From a virus (lineage: Duplodnaviria > Caudoviricetes), in the IMG/VR virus record IMGVR_UViG_3300037839_000499, positions 901-64,900 of that record: a stretch of 64,000 nt of DNA; one strand, given 5' to 3'. The notes beneath the pieces were generated by a model. The model was given only the letters and a program-made list of their open reading frames with translations. It was not told the origin of the DNA and searched no databases. Of this stretch, positions 48,002 through 56,836 are shown in pieces. Positions within the stretch are counted from its first letter, which is position 1. Every line of letters begins with the position of its first letter. The translations under genes and the position numbers were made by a program.

Positions 48002-48543
48002 TGGTTGTTTCCTTTTGTTGGTTGTTTGGTTTCCCACTGGGCTGGACGACCCCTGCGAGTATTCACCCAGCCCTTATTTTTTGCGTAAATTACGGTTTCA
48101 TGAGCCACGCCGTAGCGAACAGCAATCTCCCCCTCAGTCATTCCTTGTTCGTAAAGCTTTCTCCATCCATCCCATCGCTTTGCCACAGATTTGGCGTCTC
48201 TGACATAGATGCCCTTGTCGCCATGCTGTTTGCACAGGCTTCGCACCTCCGCCATTTTGCCGGTTTCCTCGGCAAGCTTTTCGGTCAGCGTCTTGTACTG
48301 ATCAAACTTCACCAAAAGATTTAGCATCTGGGCTTGTGTATTTGAAATTATGCTTCGTAGCCTTGCCACCTCGTCCATCAGAAGTACGGCCTGAGAGTCG
48401 GAAACCATCTCTCGAATTGCCTCTGGGCTAACTTCAACTTGTGGAAGGCCAATCATCGTAGGCTTGTTCTGTGGGACTATTCTGACGGATCTAAATCCAG
48501 ATGATCTGCCCATATTTCTTTCAAAGGCCTTTAGTAAGCTCAT
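47998..48543 (-). CDS. Coiled-coil plus C-terminal HTH protein
   Basis: LYEQGMTEGEIAVRYGVAHETV. Confidence 0.6.
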   Translation of the reverse strand: MSLLKAFERNMGRSSGFRSVRIVPQNKPTMIGLPQVEVSPEAIREMVSDSQAVLLMDEVARLRSIISNTQAQMLNLLVKFDQYKTLTEKLAEETGKMAEVRSLCKQHGDKGIYVRDAKSVAKRWDGWRKLYEQGMTEGEIAVRYGVAHETVIYAKNKGWVNTRRGRPAQWETKQPTKGNNQ

Positions 48544-49607
48544 CCAGCCCTCACTAGCTTCTGGATGGTGCGAATCTTGAGGCAGTCGCCCAAAACGGCC
48601 GATGTCTTGCCCTTAACCTCTTTGGCGTTGATGCCCTGCTTTTCCTTCAGAACTTTCTCCAGCTTCGTGATTGAAACGTCAGAGCAGACCATTGCAACGC
48701 CATGCCCAAACGCATCCGCAATACGACCCATCGCATCGGCAGGGTCATCTATGTAACGAATATCGCTTTCGGTGAGCTTCCAGCCTTGGATATCAACGCC
48801 GCTAGTTAGCAATTCTTTCGCTTTTTTCTTTATGAGATCCGCAACTTTTTCCGCGATAGATGCTGCCTCAAGAAGCTTTGGTAGATCCGCTACATCAATG
48901 ATCTGGTAGTCGCTTGGTTGTTTGGCCAGCGCCAGACCCATACCTTGGCCCTCTGGGCAAACCGAGAGGCCGGTGCAGTACAGACAATGCATCCCAGCTG
49001 TCCTTGGAGCCATCGGCTGTGACGACCTTTCCAGCGCCGTCAGAATCTTTTCCTTCCAAAGCCTAATACTCTGTGCGTTCAAATGCCAAAGATCGTTGCC
49101 ACCCCCCAGCTGGATAACCGCAGAGTAAACCTCCGTGAATCCGTAGCGATTGGCTGACATTACCGCCAATGCCGCAAGCTGTGCGTTATCTCTGGCCGGA
49201 ACAATTATCTGGCCTGTTTTGTAATCCAGAACCAGTCCGATAGTATCATTCCCAATCTTTCCAGAGAAGATCACGTCTGGCTTGCCAGTCATTACAACCT
49301 TCTTCTTTTCTTCGAGAACCATCCTCATCTCGATCTGGCATACATTCACATCCGACCCGATCATCATTGAGAATTCCTTAATCACCTTGTCGGCTATCTC
49401 CTTGAGTTTATCGGCTACCCACAGCTGGTCTGGCGTTGCGTCGACCACCTTTTGACCTTCGAGAATCGAATGAATAATCGTGCCTTCGATTGCGGCCGAT
49501 CCGGCCTCTGGCTTGGGGATATCCCTTGTCAGGGCAACTGACCCTGGGCAAGCGATTACCCGCTCAATTCCAGATGCAGACGGCAATCCTAGTCTTTCGT
49601 CACTCAA
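48540..49607 (-). CDS. Cas4-like PD-(D/E)xK exonuclease (DUF2800-like)
   Basis: SAS..CPGS, GTIIH, GKPD, LDYKTG, NAQL, HCLYC..C; probable TTG start at 49607 after GAGGG. Confidence 0.85.
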   Translation of the reverse strand: MSDERLGLPSASGIERVIACPGSVALTRDIPKPEAGSAAIEGTIIHSILEGQKVVDATPDQLWVADKLKEIADKVIKEFSMMIGSDVNVCQIEMRMVLEEKKKVVMTGKPDVIFSGKIGNDTIGLVLDYKTGQIIVPARDNAQLAALAVMSANRYGFTEVYSAVIQLGGGNDLWHLNAQSIRLWKEKILTALERSSQPMAPRTAGMHCLYCTGLSVCPEGQGMGLALAKQPSDYQIIDVADLPKLLEAASIAEKVADLIKKKAKELLTSGVDIQGWKLTESDIRYIDDPADAMGRIADAFGHGVAMVCSDVSITKLEKVLKEKQGINAKEVKGKTSAVLGDCLKIRTIQKLVRAG

Positions 49608-49608
49608 T

Positions 49609-49818
49609 TTATCCCTCTTTCTCTTGGATGTGATCCCAAGCTGTTCTTGCGATAGAAACCCAGAAATCCCCAACTCCATGAACTTCTGCGCTTCTCTCGG
49701 CCTCTTGCTTGCTGATAAGGGTTGTGCTTGAGATAAACGCAACGGCCATGGCTTTTGCTGCATCGTCAAATGTTTTGCGATCTTCTGGGGTAAGGTCTCG
49801 AAGTTGTAAGGTTGTCAT
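49609..49818 (-). CDS. Hypothetical protein
   Basis: Coupled ORF. Confidence 0.5.
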   Translation of the reverse strand: MTTLQLRDLTPEDRKTFDDAAKAMAVAFISSTTLISKQEAERSAEVHGVGDFWVSIARTAWDHIQEKEG

Positions 49819-50132
49819 AGTTTCCTATACAGCGGTGTCATCCGAGCGTGACTACGCGGATCCTTCATTTTCACCCAATGTCCTGTCGGCACGATTAAGG
49901 CTCTTCCGATTGCGGTTCTCACGAAGGCTCCCCACGCATTGGGGTGCTTTGGCTCTGGAAGCTCCAGAAGCATGCGAAAGTCCTCTCCGGTTGCCTCATT
50001 AAAGTCCAGAGAGCGAAGGCGCGATATGGCCACGTCCATCCAGTCCTTGTTATTGTCGATCACCGAGGTGATGCCAGCGTCACGACGAAGCTCGCCCTCA
50101 AATAATGGAAGTTGCTCGGCGATGAAGATCAT
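49815..50132 (-). CDS. Hypothetical protein
   Basis: Coupled ORF; PKHPNAWGA..SHAR; N-terminal QLPLF. Confidence 0.6.
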   Translation of the reverse strand: MIFIAEQLPLFEGELRRDAGITSVIDNNKDWMDVAISRLRSLDFNEATGEDFRMLLELPEPKHPNAWGAFVRTAIGRALIVPTGHWVKMKDPRSHARMTPLYRKL

Positions 50133-50455
50133 AGCCTTGCCTCCGCTCGGCGACTCGACTCAAAGGAACGCCAGATCTCAATCTTTGCTTGCGCTGCAAC
50201 AAACTTCCAACGGAGCGTCTCTTCGGCCACAACGGCTTCCCTCAAGCCCTTTATGCAAACTAGATATCGCTCGTCGGCAAGTGCATCTCGACTCTGCTGG
50301 GCTACGGACGAATCCCCATTAATTTCCTTCATAAGGATGGCCTTGAGCGAATCCTTGTATTCCGAGACGTAGATCCTCTCGGCTTTTGCCTTCGCCATTT
50401 TTTCGGCGTTGGTCTGGATGAACTCAGCGGCCGCTACTGGATCAAGTTCACTCAC
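50129..50455 (-). CDS. Helical protein, possible recombination mediator
   Basis: All-helical; located near ERF and exonuclease genes. Confidence 0.5.
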   Translation of the reverse strand: MSELDPVAAAEFIQTNAEKMAKAKAERIYVSEYKDSLKAILMKEINGDSSVAQQSRDALADERYLVCIKGLREAVVAEETLRWKFVAAQAKIEIWRSFESSRRAEARL

Positions 50456-50600
50456 GTAGTCTGTCCTTTAACCACAGCGCAAAGGCCGTGCATGCCACCA
50501 AAACCGCTAAAAGAAGCATTGCAAAACCAACGGCAAAGCCGACGTAAACAAGCTTTGCGACTAGGCTTGCTGGGATGTTTTCTATGAGGAAATTCATAGA

Positions 50601-51368
50601 TCAAAACGGGACGGTGTTTCCGTCACCATCGGCATCATTCTTGCCCACGTAGGGGACATCGGACTTCTTGGTCTTAGATTTATTTAGTTCGTGTTCGGCC
50701 TTCCAATCGTCCAGAGCATTACGAAAATCTTGGGAGTCTGGATATTTTGGATTTACTTCAAAATTTGTGAACCACCACTCGAGCGACTTGGCGGGGATCT
50801 CGGAAAGCTTTTGCCCCTTCTTTGCTCCGATAGGGCAAACAAACTCTCCCCAATGCTTTCGTCCTTCGGTTACTACCCCAACAATCTTTGCATCAAACTG
50901 CTTCTGAACGGCCTTAACGATGTCGTTTGCCTCTACTCGAACTTCTAGCTTCGGGGCAGGGGATCGGTGGTTCTGTGCTGAATTGCCGTCATCGTCCTCG
51001 TCGGTTGCGATCCCGAGTAGAGCCGAAAGCCCATACCGACGAGCGTAGGTAATCCCAGATCCCCAAGCTTGTGGGCCATTGCTTCTGGCTGTGTCGCCGA
51101 CAATGACGGGGGTGAATCCAGAAATAAACTGCCCCGACACATGAAGCAGGGTGGTTACGATGCCGAACTGCCCATCCTTAAACTCACCACCTTGAACCCA
51201 CGATAGGCCGAATTCATGTATGACCGAAGCGGCCTCGTTGATTGCCTTTAGATCCGCATAGCTACTGCGGAAGTGGGGGTTGGTGGAATTTTTCTTTGCT
51301 GACGGCAACTTGGCTTGAGCCTTTACGAGACTAACCGCAAGTTGGTCGATTTGTTCTGATCTTTGCAT
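50601..51368 (-). CDS. erf: ERF-family ssDNA annealing protein
   Basis: KNSTNPHFRSSYADL, LLHVSGQ, GSGITYARRYGLSALLGIATDEDDDGN. Confidence 0.92.
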   Translation of the reverse strand: MQRSEQIDQLAVSLVKAQAKLPSAKKNSTNPHFRSSYADLKAINEAASVIHEFGLSWVQGGEFKDGQFGIVTTLLHVSGQFISGFTPVIVGDTARSNGPQAWGSGITYARRYGLSALLGIATDEDDDGNSAQNHRSPAPKLEVRVEANDIVKAVQKQFDAKIVGVVTEGRKHWGEFVCPIGAKKGQKLSEIPAKSLEWWFTNFEVNPKYPDSQDFRNALDDWKAEHELNKSKTKKSDVPYVGKNDADGDGNTVPF

Positions 51369-51550
51369 GAGTCCTCCTTTGCTTTTTGTAGTTCGTGAGT
51401 GACGATGGTGATGAAGTTCCAGCGGGGTGATTTGCCGACTAGGAAATGAGCCACATTGCGTAGCTGTTTGCGGGCTGTGGGAATACTGACCTTCCATCGG
51501 CGCGCGATTTCTTCCGCCGTAAGAGGCGGGTGTAATAAAAGTTCGCTCAC
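51323..51550 (-). CDS. Excisionase-like HTH protein
   Basis: LTAEEIARRWKVSIPT; adjacent to the attP-like site. Confidence 0.55.
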   Translation of the reverse strand: MSELLLHPPLTAEEIARRWKVSIPTARKQLRNVAHFLVGKSPRWNFITIVTHELQKAKEDSCKDQNKSTNLRLVS

Positions 51551-51626
51551 GAAGAAAACTCCGTGATTAAATCAGAATGTACTTCGGATTGTACTTGCAA
51601 TCGCAAGTCGTTGTGTGACAATATAC

Positions 51627-51660
51627 CGGTGCGGGAGGGATTCGAACCCTCGGTTCGCGA
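51627..51660 (-). other. attP core candidate: 3' end of a tRNA-Ser
   Basis: Minus strand ACCGAGGG-TTCGAAT-CCCTC-CCGCACC-G gives T arm, 3' acceptor strand and G discriminator; no 5' half; about 115 bp upstream of the integrase. Confidence 0.8.
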
Positions 51661-51774
51661 CATGCGTAGAAATTTGTTAGTAATTAAAAGATTTACCCTG
51701 ATTTGATTTGCTTTGGTATTAACTGTGTTCCACACTTTGTACAGGACTTGAGGAGTTGAAAGAGAAAGGAGTTT

Positions 51775-52854
51775 ATGGCGAGTCTTTATAAGCGCAGCAA
51801 TAGTCCCTACTGGTGGGTTTCTGTGAAGGAGTCCGACCAATGGGTTAAAAAGCGCACTGGATGGCGCTGGCGCAATCCGGTTGATACGGCCAAGGCAAAG
51901 GCCTTTGTCGCCGGTCAATCGCTTGCTGAGGGGCGTAATACCGAGCTTTCGATTGGTAATAGTTGGGTTGAGCCGGTTATCAGAAACCTTCCGATCTGTG
52001 AAAAGACTGTCACTCGCTATTTGGAAGAATGGAGATTCCTTGATCAGTTTATGACTGAACATCGAATCGCCCTTCATAACTTCGCGCCCCATGAAGCAGA
52101 TCTATATATTGAATGGAGAACGTCAACAAGAAAATGTAGAATAAAAAATACATGCAAAAATACTGCTTTACAAGAATTAAAATTTCTGAAATTCATGCAA
52201 AAACAAGCGCGGCTCCGAGGGAGAATGATCGACCGACCAATGGATGATTATGTCATTCGTCTATCTCCACAAAAAAAGAAGCCTGCGCTTACCAATGAAC
52301 AAATTTATAAAATGCGTGACGCACTTCAAAATTATCCAAGCTGGATGTCTGTCTGTTTTGAAATCGGACTGGCAACTGGGGCGAGACTCCAAGAATGCTC
52401 GATCCCATGCGACTGCATTAACCTCGAACACAGGACAATCACCTTTCCCAATCCAAAGGGCGGGGAGTCCAAGTCTTTCACTATTCCCATCCCGAAATCT
52501 ATCTTGCCCCTGCTTACTGCAATCAAAGCCAGCGGAGCTGAGCGCACTTGCGACATCCCGCCTACAAAGGCTTCCTTCAAATGGAGAAAGTTTTTCGACC
52601 GGCTGGGGATGAAGGACGTGTGCTTTCATTGCCTGCGCGTCACCCGAGTAACCCGCATGAGAATAGCGGGAGTGCCAGCGCCAGATGCACGAAGGCTTGT
52701 GAACCACTCGAGCGAGCTAATTCACCGACTCTACGACCGGCATCAAGTTGAAGAGCTTCGCCAGTACGTGGATTGCGGTAGTATTCCCGCCTCCATTCAT
52801 CAAAGTCCCCTTGAAAGACAACTCCCTCTATCAAGGGAAACCCTGGCAGCCTAA
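51775..52854 (+). CDS. int: Tyrosine integrase
   Basis: N-terminal arm-binding domain; TGARLQE (R), PKGG (K), FHCLR, VNH, RLY catalytic residues. Confidence 0.92.
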   Translation: MASLYKRSNSPYWWVSVKESDQWVKKRTGWRWRNPVDTAKAKAFVAGQSLAEGRNTELSIGNSWVEPVIRNLPICEKTVTRYLEEWRFLDQFMTEHRIALHNFAPHEADLYIEWRTSTRKCRIKNTCKNTALQELKFLKFMQKQARLRGRMIDRPMDDYVIRLSPQKKKPALTNEQIYKMRDALQNYPSWMSVCFEIGLATGARLQECSIPCDCINLEHRTITFPNPKGGESKSFTIPIPKSILPLLTAIKASGAERTCDIPPTKASFKWRKFFDRLGMKDVCFHCLRVTRVTRMRIAGVPAPDARRLVNHSSELIHRLYDRHQVEELRQYVDCGSIPASIHQSPLERQLPLSRETLAA

Positions 52855-52915
52855 TCATTCTCCTGACTCTCGAGTAACTCAGGCCATAGAACGCCTGAAC
52901 TTCCCTTAAACTCAT
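52640..52915 (-). CDS. Second excisionase/AlpA-like protein overlapping the int 3' end
   Basis: MSLREVQAFYGLSYSRVRRMIRLPGFP..F..W. Confidence 0.5.
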   Translation of the reverse strand: MSLREVQAFYGLSYSRVRRMIRLPGFPLIEGVVFQGDFDEWRREYYRNPRTGEALQLDAGRRVGELARSSGSQAFVHLALALPLFSCGLLG

Positions 52916-52996
52916 TGCCCTATTAGTATTGTACGAATGTTTACTCACGGAGACCAATAGAACTATAACAACCATATTAATTCAAGCGGTTGTTTC

Positions 52997-53032
52997 GGTG
53001 TTTAACACCTTTAACGATAGGTGGTTACCACC
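52997..53032. promoter_or_regulatory. Pair of palindromic operators GGTGNTTANCACC
   Basis: GGTGTTTAACACC 52997-53009 and GGTGGTTACCACC 53020-53032 between divergent genes. Confidence 0.65.
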
Positions 53033-53075
53033 CAATACATCCTTGACTAACTCATTTTTATGACTAAAGAGATAG

Positions 53076-53234
53076 ATGCCCAATCGCCGTCACCCTTCGA
53101 AAAGATTTATAGGAATATGGGGAACGATTAAAGTTTACGAGAAGTTGCAAGAGCTCGCCAAAAGGAAACGCATCAAGGTTTCGGCTTTGATCTGGAAAAT
53201 ATTATTGGATTTTGCAACCAAAAACCATAGCTAA
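53076..53234 (+). CDS. Ribbon-helix-helix regulator (52 aa, not in the ORF track)
   Basis: MPNRRHPSKRFIGIWGTIKVYEKLQELAKRKRIKVSALIWKILLDF; TTGACT upstream at 53043. Confidence 0.6.
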   Translation: MPNRRHPSKRFIGIWGTIKVYEKLQELAKRKRIKVSALIWKILLDFATKNHS

Positions 53235-53716
53235 TTTGCTGACTTCGCAAACGACCGATTATAAGCCATCTCCTCAAGCGCGGCCGTTGTCAGATACTTC
53301 TCAACAAGGATCTGCATGTTGACCCACGAAGCATGAAGCTTATCTAGTAGCGACTCAACGTTCTCGCATGGGCTGACCTCAATGCTCCACTCCATGCCGT
53401 GGCCGGGAACTGTAATTAGCTTCGGCCAGTTCCACGGCCCTGCGGTATATGGGAACTTTCCTTGGTCTGCCCACTTTGCCCAGTCCTGCGGTAGCCAGTA
53501 CATATGACCAGAAGCATCCCAACCAAGGTCGGAATGGCTGAAAACAAGCACGCTAGACCAGCATCCCGGCCATTCGGGCGGATCCAGAACAAACCCAACT
53601 GAGGCCATGTTATACAAAGGAAGATTGTCCAGCATCGCTATCGTCATAGCGTGGGCTGACTCCCATTCGTCTATCCGTGGATAGAGATCCGTGGCTGATC
53701 GAATCGTGAACTGCAT
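53231..53716 (-). CDS. Hypothetical Trp-rich protein
   Basis: 161 aa ORF; TTGACG upstream on the minus strand. Confidence 0.55.
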   Translation of the reverse strand: MQFTIRSATDLYPRIDEWESAHAMTIAMLDNLPLYNMASVGFVLDPPEWPGCWSSVLVFSHSDLGWDASGHMYWLPQDWAKWADQGKFPYTAGPWNWPKLITVPGHGMEWSIEVSPCENVESLLDKLHASWVNMQILVEKYLTTAALEEMAYNRSFAKSAN

Positions 53717-53757
53717 TTGCGAGGACTAAGCTAAACAACGCTATCGTCAATTACCAT

Positions 53758-54138
53758 CTACCCGAGACGCCCTCCAAATGCAGTTAGTTCGTCATGCACT
53801 TTGATTAAATTATCCCACTTGTTAAATCTCGGGCCTACCTCTGTTATTAAGGAGGTCGCACACTCTCCTTCGGGATCCTTGAGCGTGATTCTTGCCCCAT
53901 AAAATCCTTGGCGAAGAGCTTTATTTATATACTGCGAATCAGCCCCATCAGCAGTCATTTGCCTCATCATAAGCCCCATGTCTGGCCTCCATCTGTCCGT
54001 ATAGAAAACCCTGTAACCATGAAGGGTCTTGTAAAGACGATGTGGCTCTCCAATCGTCGGCCTCTGACCATCGAAGTCTCCGATTGGAAGATCCTTGCTC
54101 GTAATGCACCAATGCCTTCTAAGGAGCTTGATAACCAT
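53758..54138 (-). CDS. Hypothetical protein
   Basis: RLYKTLHGYRVF..D..Y..ARITLK. Confidence 0.55.
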   Translation of the reverse strand: MVIKLLRRHWCITSKDLPIGDFDGQRPTIGEPHRLYKTLHGYRVFYTDRWRPDMGLMMRQMTADGADSQYINKALRQGFYGARITLKDPEGECATSLITEVGPRFNKWDNLIKVHDELTAFGGRLG

Positions 54139-54157
54139 TCATGGCCAATACCATCTG

Positions 54158-54183
54158 GCGGCACACAGCAAACACGGAAGTTG
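54158..54183 (+). promoter_or_regulatory. Motif B copy
   Basis: GCGGCACACAGC aaacacggaa GTTG; starts 58 nt before GTG 54216. Confidence 0.65.
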
Positions 54184-54215
54184 TCGATGTGACATGCGGG
54201 GCATAGCACAAAGAC

Positions 54216-54545
54216 GTGCTCACCCGTCGGCGAACTTTGCTCCGCAAAACAAGGCTGCGTCCCATCTCAGCCAAGCGCCGGCGGGTGGGTGCGATATACA
54301 CAAAACTCCGAATCCAGCACTTACTCAAAAACCCAATGTGTAAAGTATGTCAGCGTAGCCCTTCGTCCCAGATCCACCACATGGCTGGAAGAGTTGGAGA
54401 TAAGCTGAATGAAGTTAAGCATTTTCTTGCCGTGTGCTTTAATTGCCATCTGAAAATCCACGACAACCCCGCATGGGCTGTTGCAAAAAAGTACCTAGTG
54501 AGAACTGCCCCAGACAATGCTGGCCTGCCGTTATCCTCCTTCTGA
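54216..54545 (+). CDS. HNH endonuclease-like protein
   Basis: CKVC..IHH..GR..N..LAVCFNCHLKIH. Confidence 0.75.
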   Translation: MLTRRRTLLRKTRLRPISAKRRRVGAIYTKLRIQHLLKNPMCKVCQRSPSSQIHHMAGRVGDKLNEVKHFLAVCFNCHLKIHDNPAWAVAKKYLVRTAPDNAGLPLSSF

Positions 54546-54739
54546 CCCGATGACTCGCGAGCTTGCTAAGCGTGGGTACTACTCCCGCTATACAACAGCG
54601 AGCTGGGGGGGGATTGTCCCAGAGGGAATGGTTGGATCCGACTTGCTTAAGCTGATCAAAGAGCTTGAGCCAGAATATAAAAAGATATCTCGAGGGGATC
54701 CCCTTGATGAATGCAGAAAAAGGGGAGCTTTAGAAGGCT

Positions 54740-54988
54740 ATGAAACTGCCAGAGCAACCAGCTGACCAGCTTGAGCTTGTCCGCCGGCTCCGTGAAAGCA
54801 TTGGATATACCCAATGGTATGTCCCGATGCTCGAAATGATGATCGCAAACCTCCACGAAGAGATGCTTGAGGAAAAAATCACCCCAGAAGAAAGAAACAT
54901 ACGATTCCACAAGTACTTGCTGGCGAGAACGCTTGCGCGAATGGTGGACAACCAAGAGGCAGCCCTAACAAGGCTGGCAAAGAAGTAA
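54740..54988 (+). CDS. Hypothetical protein
   Basis: Coupled to the next gene. Confidence 0.55.
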   Translation: MKLPEQPADQLELVRRLRESIGYTQWYVPMLEMMIANLHEEMLEEKITPEERNIRFHKYLLARTLARMVDNQEAALTRLAKK

Positions 54989-55734
54989 TGGAAATTAAGA
55001 CAACCGATATTGTCGTAGCATCACACAAGGAGACTCTTCGATGGGTCGAGATGTGGAAAGCCTTCAACAAGGTCACTCCAATCCTTCCTGGATGTAAATT
55101 TAAGATTTACAGAACTGGAGATCCGATGGAAGGGGCGACTATGCTGGTCAATAAAGGTCGAGAGGCCGGACAATGGTTGGCTCACATTGTTGAGAACTAC
55201 GACAAGCTTGCGGATGTAACCCTGTTTGTCCAAGCAGACCTTGGTGCTTCCTTTGGGCAAAACCCAAATGAATGGCCACAAGACTTAAACGTTTTCAAGC
55301 GAATGCGTCTCCCCGTTGTTGATGGCGGGGGCTGTTGCGAGCTTGGGCCAATAGATGATTACAGCTACTACGGCTGGCCTTCTCTAAGCAGGGTTCGGGT
55401 CTCTGTCACGACGCCGGGCTTTGGGGAAAAACATAATCGTGGTTTTGGGCCGAACCTTGCCGCTTCTCCGGCCGACCCAGAGATAAAGCTATTATGGGGC
55501 GAGAAAACACCATCGTTGATTAACTGGTCTGCTGGAGGCATGGAATTCGGAGCGCAACACATGTTGACTCGAGGTTTCATCCGTCGCCTCCCCAAGGAGT
55601 ATTACTCAAACATTTTGGATGCGGTAAGGAACTACGAACTTGCTCATTGGCTAGAGTTTGGGAAGTGGCCGGTAATTATTTACGATGTGTTCCGCCAAGG
55701 ACCCCTGCGTGACCCTTCTCCAACTAAAGCCTGA
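54988..55734 (+). CDS. DUF3431-family protein (second paralog)
   Basis: IVVASHKETLRW, NKGREAGQWLAHIVENYDKLADVTLFVQA. Confidence 0.8.
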   Translation: MEIKTTDIVVASHKETLRWVEMWKAFNKVTPILPGCKFKIYRTGDPMEGATMLVNKGREAGQWLAHIVENYDKLADVTLFVQADLGASFGQNPNEWPQDLNVFKRMRLPVVDGGGCCELGPIDDYSYYGWPSLSRVRVSVTTPGFGEKHNRGFGPNLAASPADPEIKLLWGEKTPSLINWSAGGMEFGAQHMLTRGFIRRLPKEYYSNILDAVRNYELAHWLEFGKWPVIIYDVFRQGPLRDPSPTKA

Positions 55735-55930
55735 AATCTGGGTTATGACCCCAAGGGGCGAGGGATTGGCCTTTCTTGTGGCGGATCCTGGCATGGATCA
55801 CAACAAGGTCTTCACAGTCCTCCTCCAGGAGGGATCCATACTCGACTTTGATTTGAAGGATTGCCGGCGATGCGAAAACCCGACCTATGGCGTTCCGCCT
55901 CCCTCCATCCCAAAGCCTCACTACCCATAA
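55685..55930 (+). CDS. Hypothetical protein
   Basis: TPRGEGLAFLVADPG; start uncertain (GTG 55709 possible). Confidence 0.5.
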   Translation: MCSAKDPCVTLLQLKPEIWVMTPRGEGLAFLVADPGMDHNKVFTVLLQEGSILDFDLKDCRRCENPTYGVPPPSIPKPHYP

Positions 55931-55931
55931 C

Positions 55932-55950
55932 GCGGACTCCAAGCGTTTAA
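55932..55950 (+). promoter_or_regulatory. Motif A copy
   Basis: GCGGAC tccaagc GTTTAA ggga ATG(55955). Confidence 0.75.
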
Positions 55951-55954
55951 GGGA

Positions 55955-56836
55955 ATGATCGAAATACCCAGTTTCAGACATTCGAATCTGATGAAGAAAG
56001 AGAAGGAGCGTCACGAAAATGCCGTCTTTGAAATTGAGAAAGCCAAAAGGATCGAGTTGGGATCCCTCTTTGGAGTCCCAGATGAAGTGGTGCTGGGGGA
56101 GGATGAGAACGGCCATTGGGGATCTAAGTGGGATATAATCGACAAGCACTTTAAGAAGCTAGTTCAAGGCGAGGACGGCAAGCTTGTGTTCTCTACCGAA
56201 AGAGACGGATTTGTGGATCAGCAGATGCCTGTTGACGGAATTGTCTTTTATCACGGCAAGCCTCCAACCAAGAACCGATGCCATAAAGGATTCTCCGTAA
56301 CCTTTGGGATATACCAAGCCCCCAACGGCCTTTGGATTGGTGAGGCCAAGAACTTTCGTTGCCCTTCCCAAGGCCACAACTTTGGCACGCACAGCTGGTT
56401 TAATTTCAAAACGGCTTTCATTAGCCAAGACGAGGCCTTCAGCCATTGCGTTGAGGAGGCGGTTCATTATCTAACTGGCCCAGTTGAGGTGGATTCGGAT
56501 CCTCAACAAATCGAGGTCAACTGCCCAAACTGCGAGGCTTGGGTCAAAGCATACCTCGGCAAGAAGTGTGAAACCGAGATTGCTGTAAATACAGACGGCG
56601 AAACAGGCGTTCTGGGTCAGAAAATATGCCCTGTGTGCGAAGAAGAGCATACCTTTGATCCTAATTGGCCGAACAAGCTCTGGCGGCTTGAGACACCCGC
56701 AGAGGTTGAGGTAAGAATAGGGGAGGACTCTGAAAAGAGGGGCTTTGATGCCAAGTTTCAGCCTCTGGCCGATGAATTTGCTACAACTCTGCTCTCGATG
56801 GTCAAGGGCGCCAAGCAACTGGAGCTTGCCCTATGA
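55955..56836 (+). CDS. Zn-ribbon-containing hypothetical protein
   Basis: CPNC..CPVC; ends KQLELAL. Confidence 0.65.
   Translation: MIEIPSFRHSNLMKKEKERHENAVFEIEKAKRIELGSLFGVPDEVVLGEDENGHWGSKWDIIDKHFKKLVQGEDGKLVFSTERDGFVDQQMPVDGIVFYHGKPPTKNRCHKGFSVTFGIYQAPNGLWIGEAKNFRCPSQGHNFGTHSWFNFKTAFISQDEAFSHCVEEAVHYLTGPVEVDSDPQQIEVNCPNCEAWVKAYLGKKCETEIAVNTDGETGVLGQKICPVCEEEHTFDPNWPNKLWRLETPAEVEVRIGEDSEKRGFDAKFQPLADEFATTLLSMVKGAKQLELAL

Noticed and set aside
48540-49607. CRISPR-associated Cas4
   Set aside because: Stand-alone phage exonuclease in a recombination operon; no array or other cas genes
51627-51700. Complete tRNA gene
   Set aside because: Only the T arm and 3' acceptor strand are present; no D or anticodon arm
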